Source: Abditibacterium sp.
Lineage (GTDB): Bacteria > Armatimonadota > Abditibacteriia > Abditibacteriales > Abditibacteriaceae
Reading direction: 5' to 3'
DNA: 64,000 nucleotides
Assembly: GCA_965246885.1 (NCBI GenBank)
Contig: OZ251992.1
Span: 1,952,001-2,016,000, forward strand
The translations under genes were made by a program, and so were the position numbers. The notes under the pieces were generated by a model that was given only the letters and a program-made list of their open reading frames with translations, was not told the DNA's origin and did no database searches. Positions within the stretch are counted from its first letter, which is position 1. Each line of letters begins with the position of its first letter. Positions 9,882 through 19,074 of the stretch are shown here, piece after piece.

Positions 9882-10499
9882 CTAGCGCCGCTCCACCCGC
9901 TCGCGCAGCATCTCCAACACATGGGCGTCGGGCGGGAACTTGCGGGCTTTGTAGTGCGCCAGTATCTCGTCGCGCGTGGCGCGGCGCAGGATGATGTCGT
10001 CTTTGCCGTCGTCGTCCACGCCGTCAATGAGCCACGAAATCGTTTTCGGCTCGGCGCGTTCGAGATACAGCACGCCGTCGAGGTGGTCTATCTCGTGCTG
10101 CACGCACGTCGCGGCTCGGCCCATCGCTTCGCCGTCTTCCAACTCGTAGGAGACGGGCTTGTTGTTCTGGTCGCGCCCCGACACGATGACACGCTTGGCG
10201 CGTTTGACGCGCGCTTGCACGCCGGGAATGGACAGACAACCTTCTTCTCCTTCGGCCTCGCCGGAGCGCAGTGTTATCTTGGGGTTGATAAGGGCGTGCC
10301 GCTCGTCGCCGATGCGGAACACGAAGATGCGCTTGGAAACGCCCACTTGCGGCGCCGCCAAGCCCGCGCCTTCGGCGGCGTCCATCGTGTCAAACATGTC
10401 CTGAATCAGTTTCTTGTCGGCGGGGGTGAGGCGGTCAACGGCCCCGGCGGTTTTTTTGAGAATCGGGTCGCCCCAGATGCGAATCGGTAGTAATGCCAT
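9882..10499 (-). CDS. def: Peptide deformylase
   Basis: GAGLAAPQVG, EGCLS and QHEIDHLDG motifs. Confidence 0.97.
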   Translation of the reverse strand: MALLPIRIWGDPILKKTAGAVDRLTPADKKLIQDMFDTMDAAEGAGLAAPQVGVSKRIFVFRIGDERHALINPKITLRSGEAEGEEGCLSIPGVQARVKRAKRVIVSGRDQNNKPVSYELEDGEAMGRAATCVQHEIDHLDGVLYLERAEPKTISWLIDGVDDDGKDDIILRRATRDEILAHYKARKFPPDAHVLEMLRERVERR

Positions 10500-10511
10500 T
10501 GCTGCGTGAAT

Positions 10512-12446
10512 TTAGTTAATGCCCGCGCGCTCCCATTGGTTCCACAGTTCGGCTTGGCCAATGCCCAAGACGTTGCGAAAGGCGTCTTCGGGCGGCACGT
10601 CGCGCCCGATTTGACGGAGGATTTCTAAGACGGCTTCCTTTTTCCACTTGGACACGATGAAGTCGAGTATCGAATTGGCCTGCGAGTAGGCCAGGAACGC
10701 TCGCTCGCCGTCCACGTGCCACTCTTCGAGTTCGTCCATCGAAAGCAGCGTTCCGGCGTTGGCGGCGCGCTTGACGCGCGACAGATAGCCCTCGTAGCCG
10801 CCCTCGCAACTGGTCGCGATTCCTTCATTGAACCAAACGGGCACCAAGCGCCCTTTGGAGAGTTGGCGCACGGCGACATGGCCGTACTCGTGGGCGAGGG
10901 TGCCAAAGAGAGGCTGCGTGTCCGTCGTGTCCGAAAAAGTGTTGACTTCTTCGCCCAACACGAGCGGGCCGGTGCGGGTAGTAACCAACTTGGTAAGCGT
11001 GAGAGCGGCCACGAACTCGTTGCCGCCCTGCTCAGAAAACTGCGTGGTGTAGCGCGCAAATTCGGCTTGGCTATGCCACAGCAAGACTTCGGTATTGCCC
11101 ATCGGGATGCCAAAGTCGGCGTAGACGGTGTGTTGCGCTTCTTCGAGGGAAGCGAGCAGAGTCACGATGCCGGGGTCGTCGGGCCATGCGCGCACGGTGA
11201 ACAGTTGCGAGCGCAAGATGGCGGACGGCTTTTCTTTGGATAGCTTCGCGCGCTCTTGGAGATGGTCAAACAGAAGCTGCATCCATGCGCGGTCGGAAGG
11301 GCGAAAGGCGCCGCGCGTTTGGAGGTCGCTCGCTTGATTCACCCAGTTTTGGGCGCGGCCATCTTGGGCGAGGCGCGAGTATTCGAGGGCGATGCGCAAG
11401 GCGCCAAGGGCGTTGGGTTGGTCGCGTTGCTGGCGTTGCAAGGCGTTGATGAGGTAGGCGGGGTGGTCGGCGCCAAGCCCCACGCTTTGCTCGTCTTCCA
11501 ATTGGCGGGCGACGGCGTTTTGCGGGTCACGCGCGCGGCCCGCTTCGGCGCGTTGCAAGTCCTCGTACTGAACGGACGACGGATCGAGCAGGACGGCTTT
11601 TTTGAGTTCGTCGGCGCCCTCGTTCCACAAACCGACGCCAAAAAGCGCGCGCGCCCATTCGCGGTGACTGGAGGCAAAGGTGTAGTCGCGTCCCGCCATG
11701 CGGTCGCGCCAACTGGCGGCGAGGTTATCCAGTTGCGCATCGGCCCGTTTCAAGGGGCGAAAGGCGCTGCCCAAGCCCAGCCACAACGAGCCGGGTGTGC
11801 CTGCGTTGTGAAAGAGGAAATGCGCGGTCACGGCGCCAAAGCGGGGCGCGCGGGCAAAAGCGCGCGGCAGAAAGTCGCTTGGTCTGCGGCCCGCGTTGGG
11901 TTGCTCGTCCACGTCGCCGTTCCAGCTTTGGCGGCGTAGCGCGATCCAGCGCCCGCCCACGCGCGAGGCGACGACATCTAAAATTTCCGGCCCGTTTTCG
12001 GCGCGCTCATTGTCAACGGACGTCTGCAACTGCGCGAGGGCATCCGGCGGAGCCGCGAAGCGCGTCGTGGACGCCGAAAAACTCCCATTGGCGCCGCGCG
12101 GCAGCCACAATTCCTGCGTCCCCACCGCAAGGGAAACGGGGAAAGCGCGCTGAATGGCGATGCCGTAGGTCTGTCGCACAAGCGCCCCCGTCGGCGCCAC
12201 CGCCACGCCCGTCACTCGCGTCGAGACGGACAGCGGTGACCTGTCGGCGGGAGGAGAAGCTCCAAAGAATGACAGCGCGTTCGCGTCACCCTTGCGCGCT
12301 CCGACCTCGAGGCCGTTCAAAATCGCATAAATTGCTTGCAACTCGCGCGGCGAGGCGTTCGAGGCGGGTAGGACATCCTGCGCGCGCGCGGCGCTTGCCC
12401 CCGCGAAGAGAAGGAAGAGGAAGAGAAGTCGGAAGCGGGGAAGCAT
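10512..12446 (-). CDS. Secreted peptidase MA-family zinc metalloprotease with TPR-like central region
   Basis: Signal peptide from the ATG at 12446; LAHEYGHVAV (HExxH) followed by PVWFNEGIA and AYSQANS. Confidence 0.8.
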   Translation of the reverse strand: MLPRFRLLFLFLLFAGASAARAQDVLPASNASPRELQAIYAILNGLEVGARKGDANALSFFGASPPADRSPLSVSTRVTGVAVAPTGALVRQTYGIAIQRAFPVSLAVGTQELWLPRGANGSFSASTTRFAAPPDALAQLQTSVDNERAENGPEILDVVASRVGGRWIALRRQSWNGDVDEQPNAGRRPSDFLPRAFARAPRFGAVTAHFLFHNAGTPGSLWLGLGSAFRPLKRADAQLDNLAASWRDRMAGRDYTFASSHREWARALFGVGLWNEGADELKKAVLLDPSSVQYEDLQRAEAGRARDPQNAVARQLEDEQSVGLGADHPAYLINALQRQQRDQPNALGALRIALEYSRLAQDGRAQNWVNQASDLQTRGAFRPSDRAWMQLLFDHLQERAKLSKEKPSAILRSQLFTVRAWPDDPGIVTLLASLEEAQHTVYADFGIPMGNTEVLLWHSQAEFARYTTQFSEQGGNEFVAALTLTKLVTTRTGPLVLGEEVNTFSDTTDTQPLFGTLAHEYGHVAVRQLSKGRLVPVWFNEGIATSCEGGYEGYLSRVKRAANAGTLLSMDELEEWHVDGERAFLAYSQANSILDFIVSKWKKEAVLEILRQIGRDVPPEDAFRNVLGIGQAELWNQWERAGIN

Positions 12447-12530
12447 GGAAACGATGACGGCGAATACGGACGTATTCGAGCGCCGGGAGTTTGGGGAGTT
12501 TTGGGCTTCGCCCATAATAGCCAAGGCTGC

Positions 12531-13880
12531 TCACGCCTTCGCCGCCACCGCTTCCCCTTCGGGTTTCTTGCGCCGTTTGTTGCGGCGCAACCTTTTGCCG
12601 CGATGGTAGGCGACGGTGCGGCGGGCGATGTTGCAGTCGTACTCGTCGCGCAGTTTGGCCACGACTTCTTGGTCGGTCAGTTGCGGGTGTTGAGCGATGA
12701 TGCCCGCGACGACCTCAGTCTTGCTTTGGCAAAGGTAGATGAGTTCGATCTTCTTCCAAGCCGTCTCGATGTATTTGCCCCGGATCAGACGCGACACCAT
12801 CGAGGGATGTTCGCCCAAATCGCGCGCGAGGGCGGCTTGCGCGAGCGGCTTGAGTTGGCGCGGGTCGCCCGTCGTGAGGTAGTCCAACTGCAAGTTGCAC
12901 AGCGTGGTGATGAGGCGCGACAGGGCGGACAGACGCTGGTTGATGTAGCGAGCGCGCATGAGCAGGTCGCGGGCGTCTTCGGGCGCTTCTTTTTTCAGTT
13001 CCTTGAGCGCTCCCGGTTTGATGCGGTAGCGCTGGGTGTAGATGGAGTCGTTGTGGAATTGGATGGCGAGGTCGCCGTCTTTGATGGCGACGAACGCGAC
13101 GGGTTCGTCGTTAGCGGCGACCATGCGGGCGGGCGCGGCCTTTTTGTCGGGGGTTTGGCCGCTCGCTTCGTAGCCCTGCGCCATATACACGCGGTCGGCG
13201 GCTTCCAACACGCGCTCGGCTTCCAGAAGCGAGCAGCCGAAGCGCTCGGAGATTTCGTTCGCGTCGTATTCGCCGCCGAGCACGAAGTCGAGGAACTCTT
13301 GCTCGGAAACCTCGTAGCGTTCGACGAACTCGCGCGTGGTTTCGATGACCTCGCCCAAATCTACCAAAGCGCCGCCCGCGACGGTGTCTTCCATCGTCGG
13401 CGAGCGTTCGTCATCGCCGCCGCCACTTGAGCGCCCGCCCGTCCCGCGCGACAAGACGCCCGACAGCCCGCCCGACCCCGTCGAAACGAGGTAGCGCAAA
13501 AAGCGCAACGTGTCGCCGACCGGAGCGCCATATTTCTTGGCGATTTCCGGCGCGCGTTCGAGGGCGTTGGGCGAGAGAAAATCTTTTTCCCATCCGTTGT
13601 GACTCGTGATGTTGAAGACGGACAGGTAGTCCATCATCTGCTCGTCCATGAACTCTTCGTACTTTTCGCGCGGGATTTTGCCGCGCAAGCGCACGCGCGA
13701 CACAAGGCCGTCGCTGACGAGTTTCTCGAAGGACGGATTAGTTTCGAGCGAGTCCACGTAGGTGCGGAATTCGCGCTCGGTTTGGGAAAGAAGGGAGACG
13801 TACTCCGTTGGCGGGCGCCGCATGCGCATTGCCAAGTCTTCGCTTTGCCGTCCCTGCATCCGGCCAGAAGGAGTTGCCAT
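12531..13880 (-). CDS. Divergent sigma-54 (RpoN)-like RNA polymerase sigma factor
   Basis: LKPLAQAALARDLGEHPSMVSRLIRGKY (HTH), RpoN-box variant IARRTVAYHR, and an N-terminal LLSQ...LETNPSFE resembling region I. The ATG at 13880 is preceded by TATTAT. Confidence 0.75.
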   Translation of the reverse strand: MATPSGRMQGRQSEDLAMRMRRPPTEYVSLLSQTEREFRTYVDSLETNPSFEKLVSDGLVSRVRLRGKIPREKYEEFMDEQMMDYLSVFNITSHNGWEKDFLSPNALERAPEIAKKYGAPVGDTLRFLRYLVSTGSGGLSGVLSRGTGGRSSGGGDDERSPTMEDTVAGGALVDLGEVIETTREFVERYEVSEQEFLDFVLGGEYDANEISERFGCSLLEAERVLEAADRVYMAQGYEASGQTPDKKAAPARMVAANDEPVAFVAIKDGDLAIQFHNDSIYTQRYRIKPGALKELKKEAPEDARDLLMRARYINQRLSALSRLITTLCNLQLDYLTTGDPRQLKPLAQAALARDLGEHPSMVSRLIRGKYIETAWKKIELIYLCQSKTEVVAGIIAQHPQLTDQEVVAKLRDEYDCNIARRTVAYHRGKRLRRNKRRKKPEGEAVAAKA

Positions 13881-14006
13881 GAGAGAATAATAGATGCGCC
13901 CGTCGGGTTTGCGGGGCGCGTTGAACTTTAACCCCCAAACATTATAAAACAAAAAGGCCACCCCATTGCATAGCCACGCGCCCCCAAACCGCTTAAAATC
14001 CCCGCA

Positions 14007-15026
14007 GTGCTTCGGTTTATTTTGCCTGTTAGCTTGGCGGGGGGTTTCTTCGCGCGGGCCGCGCACGCCCAAGACAAGTGGAGCGGCCCGCTCCCCGTCC
14101 AAAACGAGCGCCCCTTCCAAAGCGCCTTCGGCCATTTCGAGCCGCTTTCCCCCGACGTGTTGGGCGCGGGTCATGCACGCACCGGCGTCGCGCTCCATGT
14201 CGGCAACGACTTGCTCATCCCCAACCCCGCGAACGGCAGCCGCGTCGTCGAAGACTTCGAGACGCAGCGATTGGAACTGCGTTACTCACGCGGCTTGGGA
14301 AGCCGGTGGGAAATCGGCGCGCGCACCAGCCTCATCGCGCGCAACGGCGGCTTTTTGGACGGCCCGATTTCCTTCTACCACCGCCTCTTCGGACTCGCGG
14401 GCAACGGGCGCGACAACCCAGTGGGCCGCGACAACATCCCGCGCGGGCGCGGCATCCTGTTCTTCCAAGACGCGCAGGGCAACGGCGTCAACCAAGGCGG
14501 TGCGTTCGGTCTCGGCGACACCCAACTCGAAGCCCGCCGCCAACTCCTGTCGGGCGCGAGCGCCGCCACCATCCGCGTCGCCCTCAAAATCCCGACGGGC
14601 GACACCCGCAAAATCCTCGGCTCCGGCGGTTTCGACGCGGGCGCGGGTTTCGACGTGCGCCACAACTTCACGCCCCGCCTCGCCCTGTTCGGGAGCGCCA
14701 ATGCCTTCCTCTACGGCGCCTCGAACGTCCCAAACGCCAAACGCACCGGCATCAGCGGCGGCTTGGGCTTGGAGTTCCGAGCGGGACGCCGCGACTCCTT
14801 CCTCGCCCAAGTGGACGCCCAAAGCCGCACCGTTTCGACGGGCAACCCCTTTGCCGACAAAACCCCCGTCATCGCTTCGCTCGGCTACAAACACCGCTTC
14901 GGCGACGGCAAAACCGCCTTCGTTTCCCTCTCCGAAAACGGCGACTTCACCAATTATCACACCTCCTACCTCGCCAACATCGCCCCGGATGTCTCCCTGA
15001 GTGTCGGCGTGGAATGGCGGCGTTAA
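14007..15026 (+). CDS. DUF3187-like outer-membrane beta-barrel protein
   Basis: Signal peptide, GPLPVQNERPF, GGFLDGPISFYHRLFGL, LKIPTGD and an amphipathic C-terminal strand. Confidence 0.8.
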   Translation: MLRFILPVSLAGGFFARAAHAQDKWSGPLPVQNERPFQSAFGHFEPLSPDVLGAGHARTGVALHVGNDLLIPNPANGSRVVEDFETQRLELRYSRGLGSRWEIGARTSLIARNGGFLDGPISFYHRLFGLAGNGRDNPVGRDNIPRGRGILFFQDAQGNGVNQGGAFGLGDTQLEARRQLLSGASAATIRVALKIPTGDTRKILGSGGFDAGAGFDVRHNFTPRLALFGSANAFLYGASNVPNAKRTGISGGLGLEFRAGRRDSFLAQVDAQSRTVSTGNPFADKTPVIASLGYKHRFGDGKTAFVSLSENGDFTNYHTSYLANIAPDVSLSVGVEWRR

Positions 15027-15583
15027 TCCGGCGCTTCGGTTATCATCATCGTGTTCCTCGCTGACAAAGTGTGTTTTTCTGAACACACAAGGCGGTCGCC
15101 ACCGGAACCCCACGTCCGCCAATCTTCCGTCGCGCATTGTTCGGGCAGAAACCACGTTCGGCAGATTGGGCAAAGGGCTTGGATGAAGCGGCCCTTGTAA
15201 ATCAGCTTCTCCAAATAAAATCCGAGATAGATGTCTTGCGTTGCGTCAGGCAGGAAAGACCCATCGTATTTGGTCTCACTTTGAAGTCTGTTTTGGCGTT
15301 GCCTCTCCTCAATTGGCAGGGCGCGGGAAGGGTGCGTCCATCCGATGACCCCTGCCGAAAACATTTGCTTGATCTCCTCAATGGTTTTCTCAAGCAATTT
15401 GAACGAGGCGCGTCGGCTGGCGCTGATGTACAGCAGCTTTTCATCCTCGACGCGCGTATTTTCCACATGCGCCAGAACTTCCGCTCCCTCAAAATCGAAA
15501 GTCCCCAGTTGCGAGATATGCTCTTTGCCATCGAACTGCGACGGCCAACCCGAAAAGTGATAACGAAAGATATGGTCGTTCAT
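15023..15583 (-). CDS. Hypothetical protein with C-terminal CxxC...C-x3-H putative Zn-binding motif; lower GC
   Basis: Long ORF in an AT-richer segment. The ORF-track start lies in the palindrome, so the ATG at 15583 (MNDHIFRY) is used. Confidence 0.6.
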   Translation of the reverse strand: MNDHIFRYHFSGWPSQFDGKEHISQLGTFDFEGAEVLAHVENTRVEDEKLLYISASRRASFKLLEKTIEEIKQMFSAGVIGWTHPSRALPIEERQRQNRLQSETKYDGSFLPDATQDIYLGFYLEKLIYKGRFIQALCPICRTWFLPEQCATEDWRTWGSGGDRLVCSEKHTLSARNTMMITEAPD

Positions 15584-15618
15584 GTAGCTAATAAAAACTC
15601 CGGCTGATAGCTCAGCCG

Positions 15619-15708
15619 GTAAAGCGCGTCTCACCTCCATTGCATCTTCGTAGGGACGCGGCAAGCAGCGTCCCTACGAAGATGCAATGGAGGTGAGACG
15701 CGCTTTAC
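15619..15708. repeat. Perfect inverted repeat (41-bp arms, 8-nt loop) with a GTAG-type REP core GTAGGGACGC...GCGTCCCTAC
   Basis: Arms 15619-15659 and 15668-15708 are exact reverse complements; the right arm includes the ruvB stop codon. Confidence 0.9.
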
Positions 15709-16805
15709 TTCCCGTCGTGCCGCCGCGCGCGTTTGATTTCGCGGAGGCGCACGTCCGCTTCGTCGGCTTCTTCGAGGAGCGACAGTTGCGGCGACAGGGC
15801 GCTGGGCGGGGCGGGTTCGCCCAGAAACTCGTAGCCGCGCCGCGTGATGCGGCGTCCGGCGGGGGTGCGGGCGAGCATGCCGATTTTGAGCAGATACGGC
15901 TCGACGACATCCACGAGGGTATCGGATTCTTCGTTGAGGGTGGCGGCGAGGGCTTCGATGCCGACCGGCCCGCCGTCGTAAATGTCCTTGATGACGCGCA
16001 AAACGGCGTGGTCGAGGCGGTCGAGGCCCAGTTCGTCTATGCCCTCCAAGCGCAAGGCGTCGCGCGCCACATCGAGCGAAATATCGCCGTCGGCGCGTAC
16101 GAGGGCGAAGTCGCGCACGCGGCGCATCAGGCGGTTCGCCACGCGGGGCGTGCCGCGAGAGCGACGGGCGATTTCGTGGGCGGCGTGTTCGTCTATGGGC
16201 GTGCCCAGAATGTGCGCGCTCCGCCGCACGATCATGTTCAGTTCGTCCTCGTTGTAAAAGTCGAAGTGTTGCTGCAAGCCGAAGCGGTCGCGCAGGGGGC
16301 GCGTCAGCATGGCGGGGCGGGTGGTGGCGCCGACGATGGTGAACTTTTCCAAGCGAATCGGGAGCGGCTTAGAGTACATTCCCTTATCGAGGGTGAAGTT
16401 GACGAGAAAGTCCTCCATCGCGGAGTAAAGGAACTCCTCGACAATGCGCGGCAAGCGGTGAATCTCGTCTATGAAGATGATGTCGCCCTCGCGCGCATTG
16501 ACCAAGAAGCCCATCACGTCGCCGGGCCGCTCCAACGACGGGCCACTCGTGAGCGCGATGTCGCGGTTTAACTCCTCGGCGATGATATACGCCAAACTCG
16601 TCTTGCCCAAGCCCGGCGGCCCGTGCAACAGCAAGTGGTCGAGCGGCTCGCCGCGCTTGAGCGAGGCTTGGATGGCGATTTTCAAGCGCTCGACAGTTTC
16701 TTTCTGGCCGATGTATTCGTCCAGATTCTTGGGGCGCAATCCCCAGTTGAAATCCTTCTCTTCCCCTCCGCCACCTTCGGCGGAAACAAGGCGATCTCGT
16801 GACAT
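15705..16805 (-). CDS. ruvB: Holliday junction branch migration helicase RuvB
   Basis: LRPKNLDEYIGQ, HGPPGLGKTS, FIDEIHRL and RSRGTPRVANRL. Confidence 0.98.
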   Translation of the reverse strand: MSRDRLVSAEGGGGEEKDFNWGLRPKNLDEYIGQKETVERLKIAIQASLKRGEPLDHLLLHGPPGLGKTSLAYIIAEELNRDIALTSGPSLERPGDVMGFLVNAREGDIIFIDEIHRLPRIVEEFLYSAMEDFLVNFTLDKGMYSKPLPIRLEKFTIVGATTRPAMLTRPLRDRFGLQQHFDFYNEDELNMIVRRSAHILGTPIDEHAAHEIARRSRGTPRVANRLMRRVRDFALVRADGDISLDVARDALRLEGIDELGLDRLDHAVLRVIKDIYDGGPVGIEALAATLNEESDTLVDVVEPYLLKIGMLARTPAGRRITRRGYEFLGEPAPPSALSPQLSLLEEADEADVRLREIKRARRHDGK

Positions 16806-16962
16806 AGGCCAATAGTTTAACCCAACTCACTGAAAGCGTCTCGGCTCGCCTGCCCTGTGAACAGGATGCGCTGGGCGCGCTGAATAGGGCACTCGCTGAC
16901 GCTTCGCGTTCGCAGGGCAGGTGCGCGGCCTTTGCGCCTCGGCGAGAACTGGCGCTCACACT

Positions 16963-17943
16963 ATGAGCATGAGCGAAATCGTCCCATTCTCCCCCGTTGT
17001 CGAGGGCATCGTTGTTTCCGCGCCGAAGATGGATGCGCTCGACGCTTTCGAGTGGTTCTTGCAAATAGATGTTGCCAACGGCGACGCCACGCGCGACACT
17101 GTGCTGGCGTATCGCCGGGAAGTGGGGCTGTGGGTCGCATGGTGCGCGACGCGCGAGTTGAATCCGCTCGATGCGCGGCGCGACGACGTGGAGCGTTACC
17201 GCGAGGAACTCAAGGCCAAGGGTATCTCCGTTTCGACGCGCGCCCACAAGCTCTCCATCGTGCGCCGCTTCTATGACGCCGCCATCCGCCACGAACTCAT
17301 CGCCAAAAACCCCGCCGAAGGCGTGCGCGGCGGCAAGGACAACACCGCGCCCGAAGACAAAATGAAAGCGCTTTCGCACACCGGGCTTTCGGTCTTGGTG
17401 GCGATGATGCCCACCGAAACCCTCGCCGATTCGCGCGACCGCGCGGTTGTCGGTCTCATGGCTTTGCACGGCTTGCGGCGCATCGAAGTCCACCGCCTCA
17501 ACCACGAATCGCTTCGCTTGGATGGCGACGAACCCTATCTCACCGTCGAAGGCAAAGGCTCCAAAACGCGCCGCGCTTACCTACGGGCCGACACGCTTGC
17601 CGCCTTGGAAAACTACGCGCGCGGCAAAATGGCGGCGGGCTTCCCCTTGTCGGGCGCGTTCTTCGTGTCGCACTCGAACAACGCGACCGGCCAGCGTTTG
17701 TCGCGCCAAGCCCTCAACGAAATCGTGTCCAAGCACCTGAGCGCCGCCAAGCTCAAGAAAGTCGGCGTCAGTTGCCACGCCCTGCGCCACACCTACGGCA
17801 CCCTCGCCGTCGCCGGGGGCGCCAAAATCGAGCACCTGCGCGACGCGATGGGACACGCCCACATCGAAACCACCTCCATCTACGTCCGCGCCGTGAGCAA
17901 AGCCAAAAACAACCCCGCCAACTTTATCGAGGTGGAAATTTAG
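16963..17943 (+). CDS. Tyrosine recombinase/integrase (XerC/D-like)
   Basis: N-terminal SAM-like domain (TVLAYRREV) and intact catalytic residues R (GLRRIE), K (GKGSK), HxxR (HALRH) and H/Y (MGHAHIETTSIY). The start may be 16969. Confidence 0.9.
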   Translation: MSMSEIVPFSPVVEGIVVSAPKMDALDAFEWFLQIDVANGDATRDTVLAYRREVGLWVAWCATRELNPLDARRDDVERYREELKAKGISVSTRAHKLSIVRRFYDAAIRHELIAKNPAEGVRGGKDNTAPEDKMKALSHTGLSVLVAMMPTETLADSRDRAVVGLMALHGLRRIEVHRLNHESLRLDGDEPYLTVEGKGSKTRRAYLRADTLAALENYARGKMAAGFPLSGAFFVSHSNNATGQRLSRQALNEIVSKHLSAAKLKKVGVSCHALRHTYGTLAVAGGAKIEHLRDAMGHAHIETTSIYVRAVSKAKNNPANFIEVEI

Positions 17944-17953
17944 GCCCCACGCC

Positions 17954-18193
17954 ATGCGCGACCTCTTCGCCCTTCTCAACCCCCTGCTCCCGTCGTTGCG
18001 CTCCGTGGGATTAGAAGAGGCCGCCGCACGGCTCGAACGAGCGATGGAAAACATCTACCAACCCTCTGACCTCTTGGGCGATGTGCGACGGGAGTTATGG
18101 TCGCTTCTCCACTCAAACACGCTGCCTCCGGCACAAAAGTGGGAAGTCGAGGCGGCGAGTGCCCTCGCCGATGCACTCGAAGACAGACGATGA
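17954..18193 (+). CDS. Small hypothetical helical protein
   Basis: 79-aa ORF 10 bp downstream of the recombinase, same strand. Confidence 0.55.
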   Translation: MRDLFALLNPLLPSLRSVGLEEAAARLERAMENIYQPSDLLGDVRRELWSLLHSNTLPPAQKWEVEAASALADALEDRR

Positions 18194-18230
18194 GCGCGGC
18201 CTCACTTCTCAGTTGATCAAACTAACTCCT

Positions 18231-18518
18231 ATGCCAGAGCCACTTCTTTTTATGAGGACGCCAAAAGCCCCTGAACCGCCCACACGCGCGGCTTACGCAG
18301 CGTATCGCGCGCGCTGGAAAGCCGTCGCAGAGAAGGAAGCCGCGCTCTTGCAAGCGACCCCGCCCGAAGTGCGGACACGCCAACTGCAAGCGTTGTGGAG
18401 CGCCGCCCAAAGCGCCGATTTGCCCATCGCTACTCCTGAAGATGTGGCTTTGGTGCGCGCGCGCTGGAACTCCTTGCGCCAAAAATTCCATGAACATTCC
18501 CAAGCCGATTCAAGATGA
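18231..18518 (+). CDS. Small hypothetical protein, candidate antitoxin partner of the downstream nucleotidyltransferase
   Basis: 95-aa helical ORF overlapping the next gene by 29 nt. Confidence 0.6.
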   Translation: MPEPLLFMRTPKAPEPPTRAAYAAYRARWKAVAEKEAALLQATPPEVRTRQLQALWSAAQSADLPIATPEDVALVRARWNSLRQKFHEHSQADSR

Positions 18519-19065
18519 TCTATGGACGGCGCTGCGCGACTTCGCGCGCTGGCTGGAGCCTTATGCGGGGCGCGTTTCGCTCATCGGTGGCATCGCGGTG
18601 GTTTATCTGGGGCGGCCCCGCATGACGCGCGACATAGACGCCCTGTTTTGGATTGAGGATGACGAAGTGAAAACCTTACTTCAAAGCGGCGCAGGATTTG
18701 GCTGGAAGCCGCGTTTGCCAGATGCCCTTGAGTTCGCTTTGGAGAATCGCGTGCTACTTGTATGGCACGAGGCCACGCAAATTGAAGCCGACCTGTCGCT
18801 GGGGATGCTCCCTTTTGAAGAACTCGCCACGCAGAACGCGAGGCCGCGCGACATCGGCGGCTTTTGGGTTCCGCTTCCGCGTCCAGAAGATTTGGTGATT
18901 ATGAAAATCATCGCCGGACGCCCGCGCGACATCGCCGATGTCGAAGGCGTTCTCGCCAATACTCCCAACTTCGACCGCGTGGGCGTGAGGGTCATTATCC
19001 GCGAATTTGCCGACTTGCTCGATGCTCCCGAAATCCTCGCTAACCTCAATCGGCTTTTGCCTTAA
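18490..19065 (+). CDS. Nucleotidyltransferase (DUF6036/AbiEii-like), candidate toxin
   Basis: LIGGIAV...PRMTRDID (GG + DxD) and EDLVIMKIIAGRPRDIADV. Confidence 0.8.
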   Translation: MNIPKPIQDDLWTALRDFARWLEPYAGRVSLIGGIAVVYLGRPRMTRDIDALFWIEDDEVKTLLQSGAGFGWKPRLPDALEFALENRVLLVWHEATQIEADLSLGMLPFEELATQNARPRDIGGFWVPLPRPEDLVIMKIIAGRPRDIADVEGVLANTPNFDRVGVRVIIREFADLLDAPEILANLNRLLP

Positions 19066-19074
19066 AATCTTTCC

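Noticed and set aside
16963..17943. Integron integrase with the scattered palindromes as attC sites
   Set aside because: No IntI-specific insertion is apparent. The palindromes are perfect, belong to unrelated families, lack RYYYAAC/GTTRRRY ends and flank housekeeping genes.
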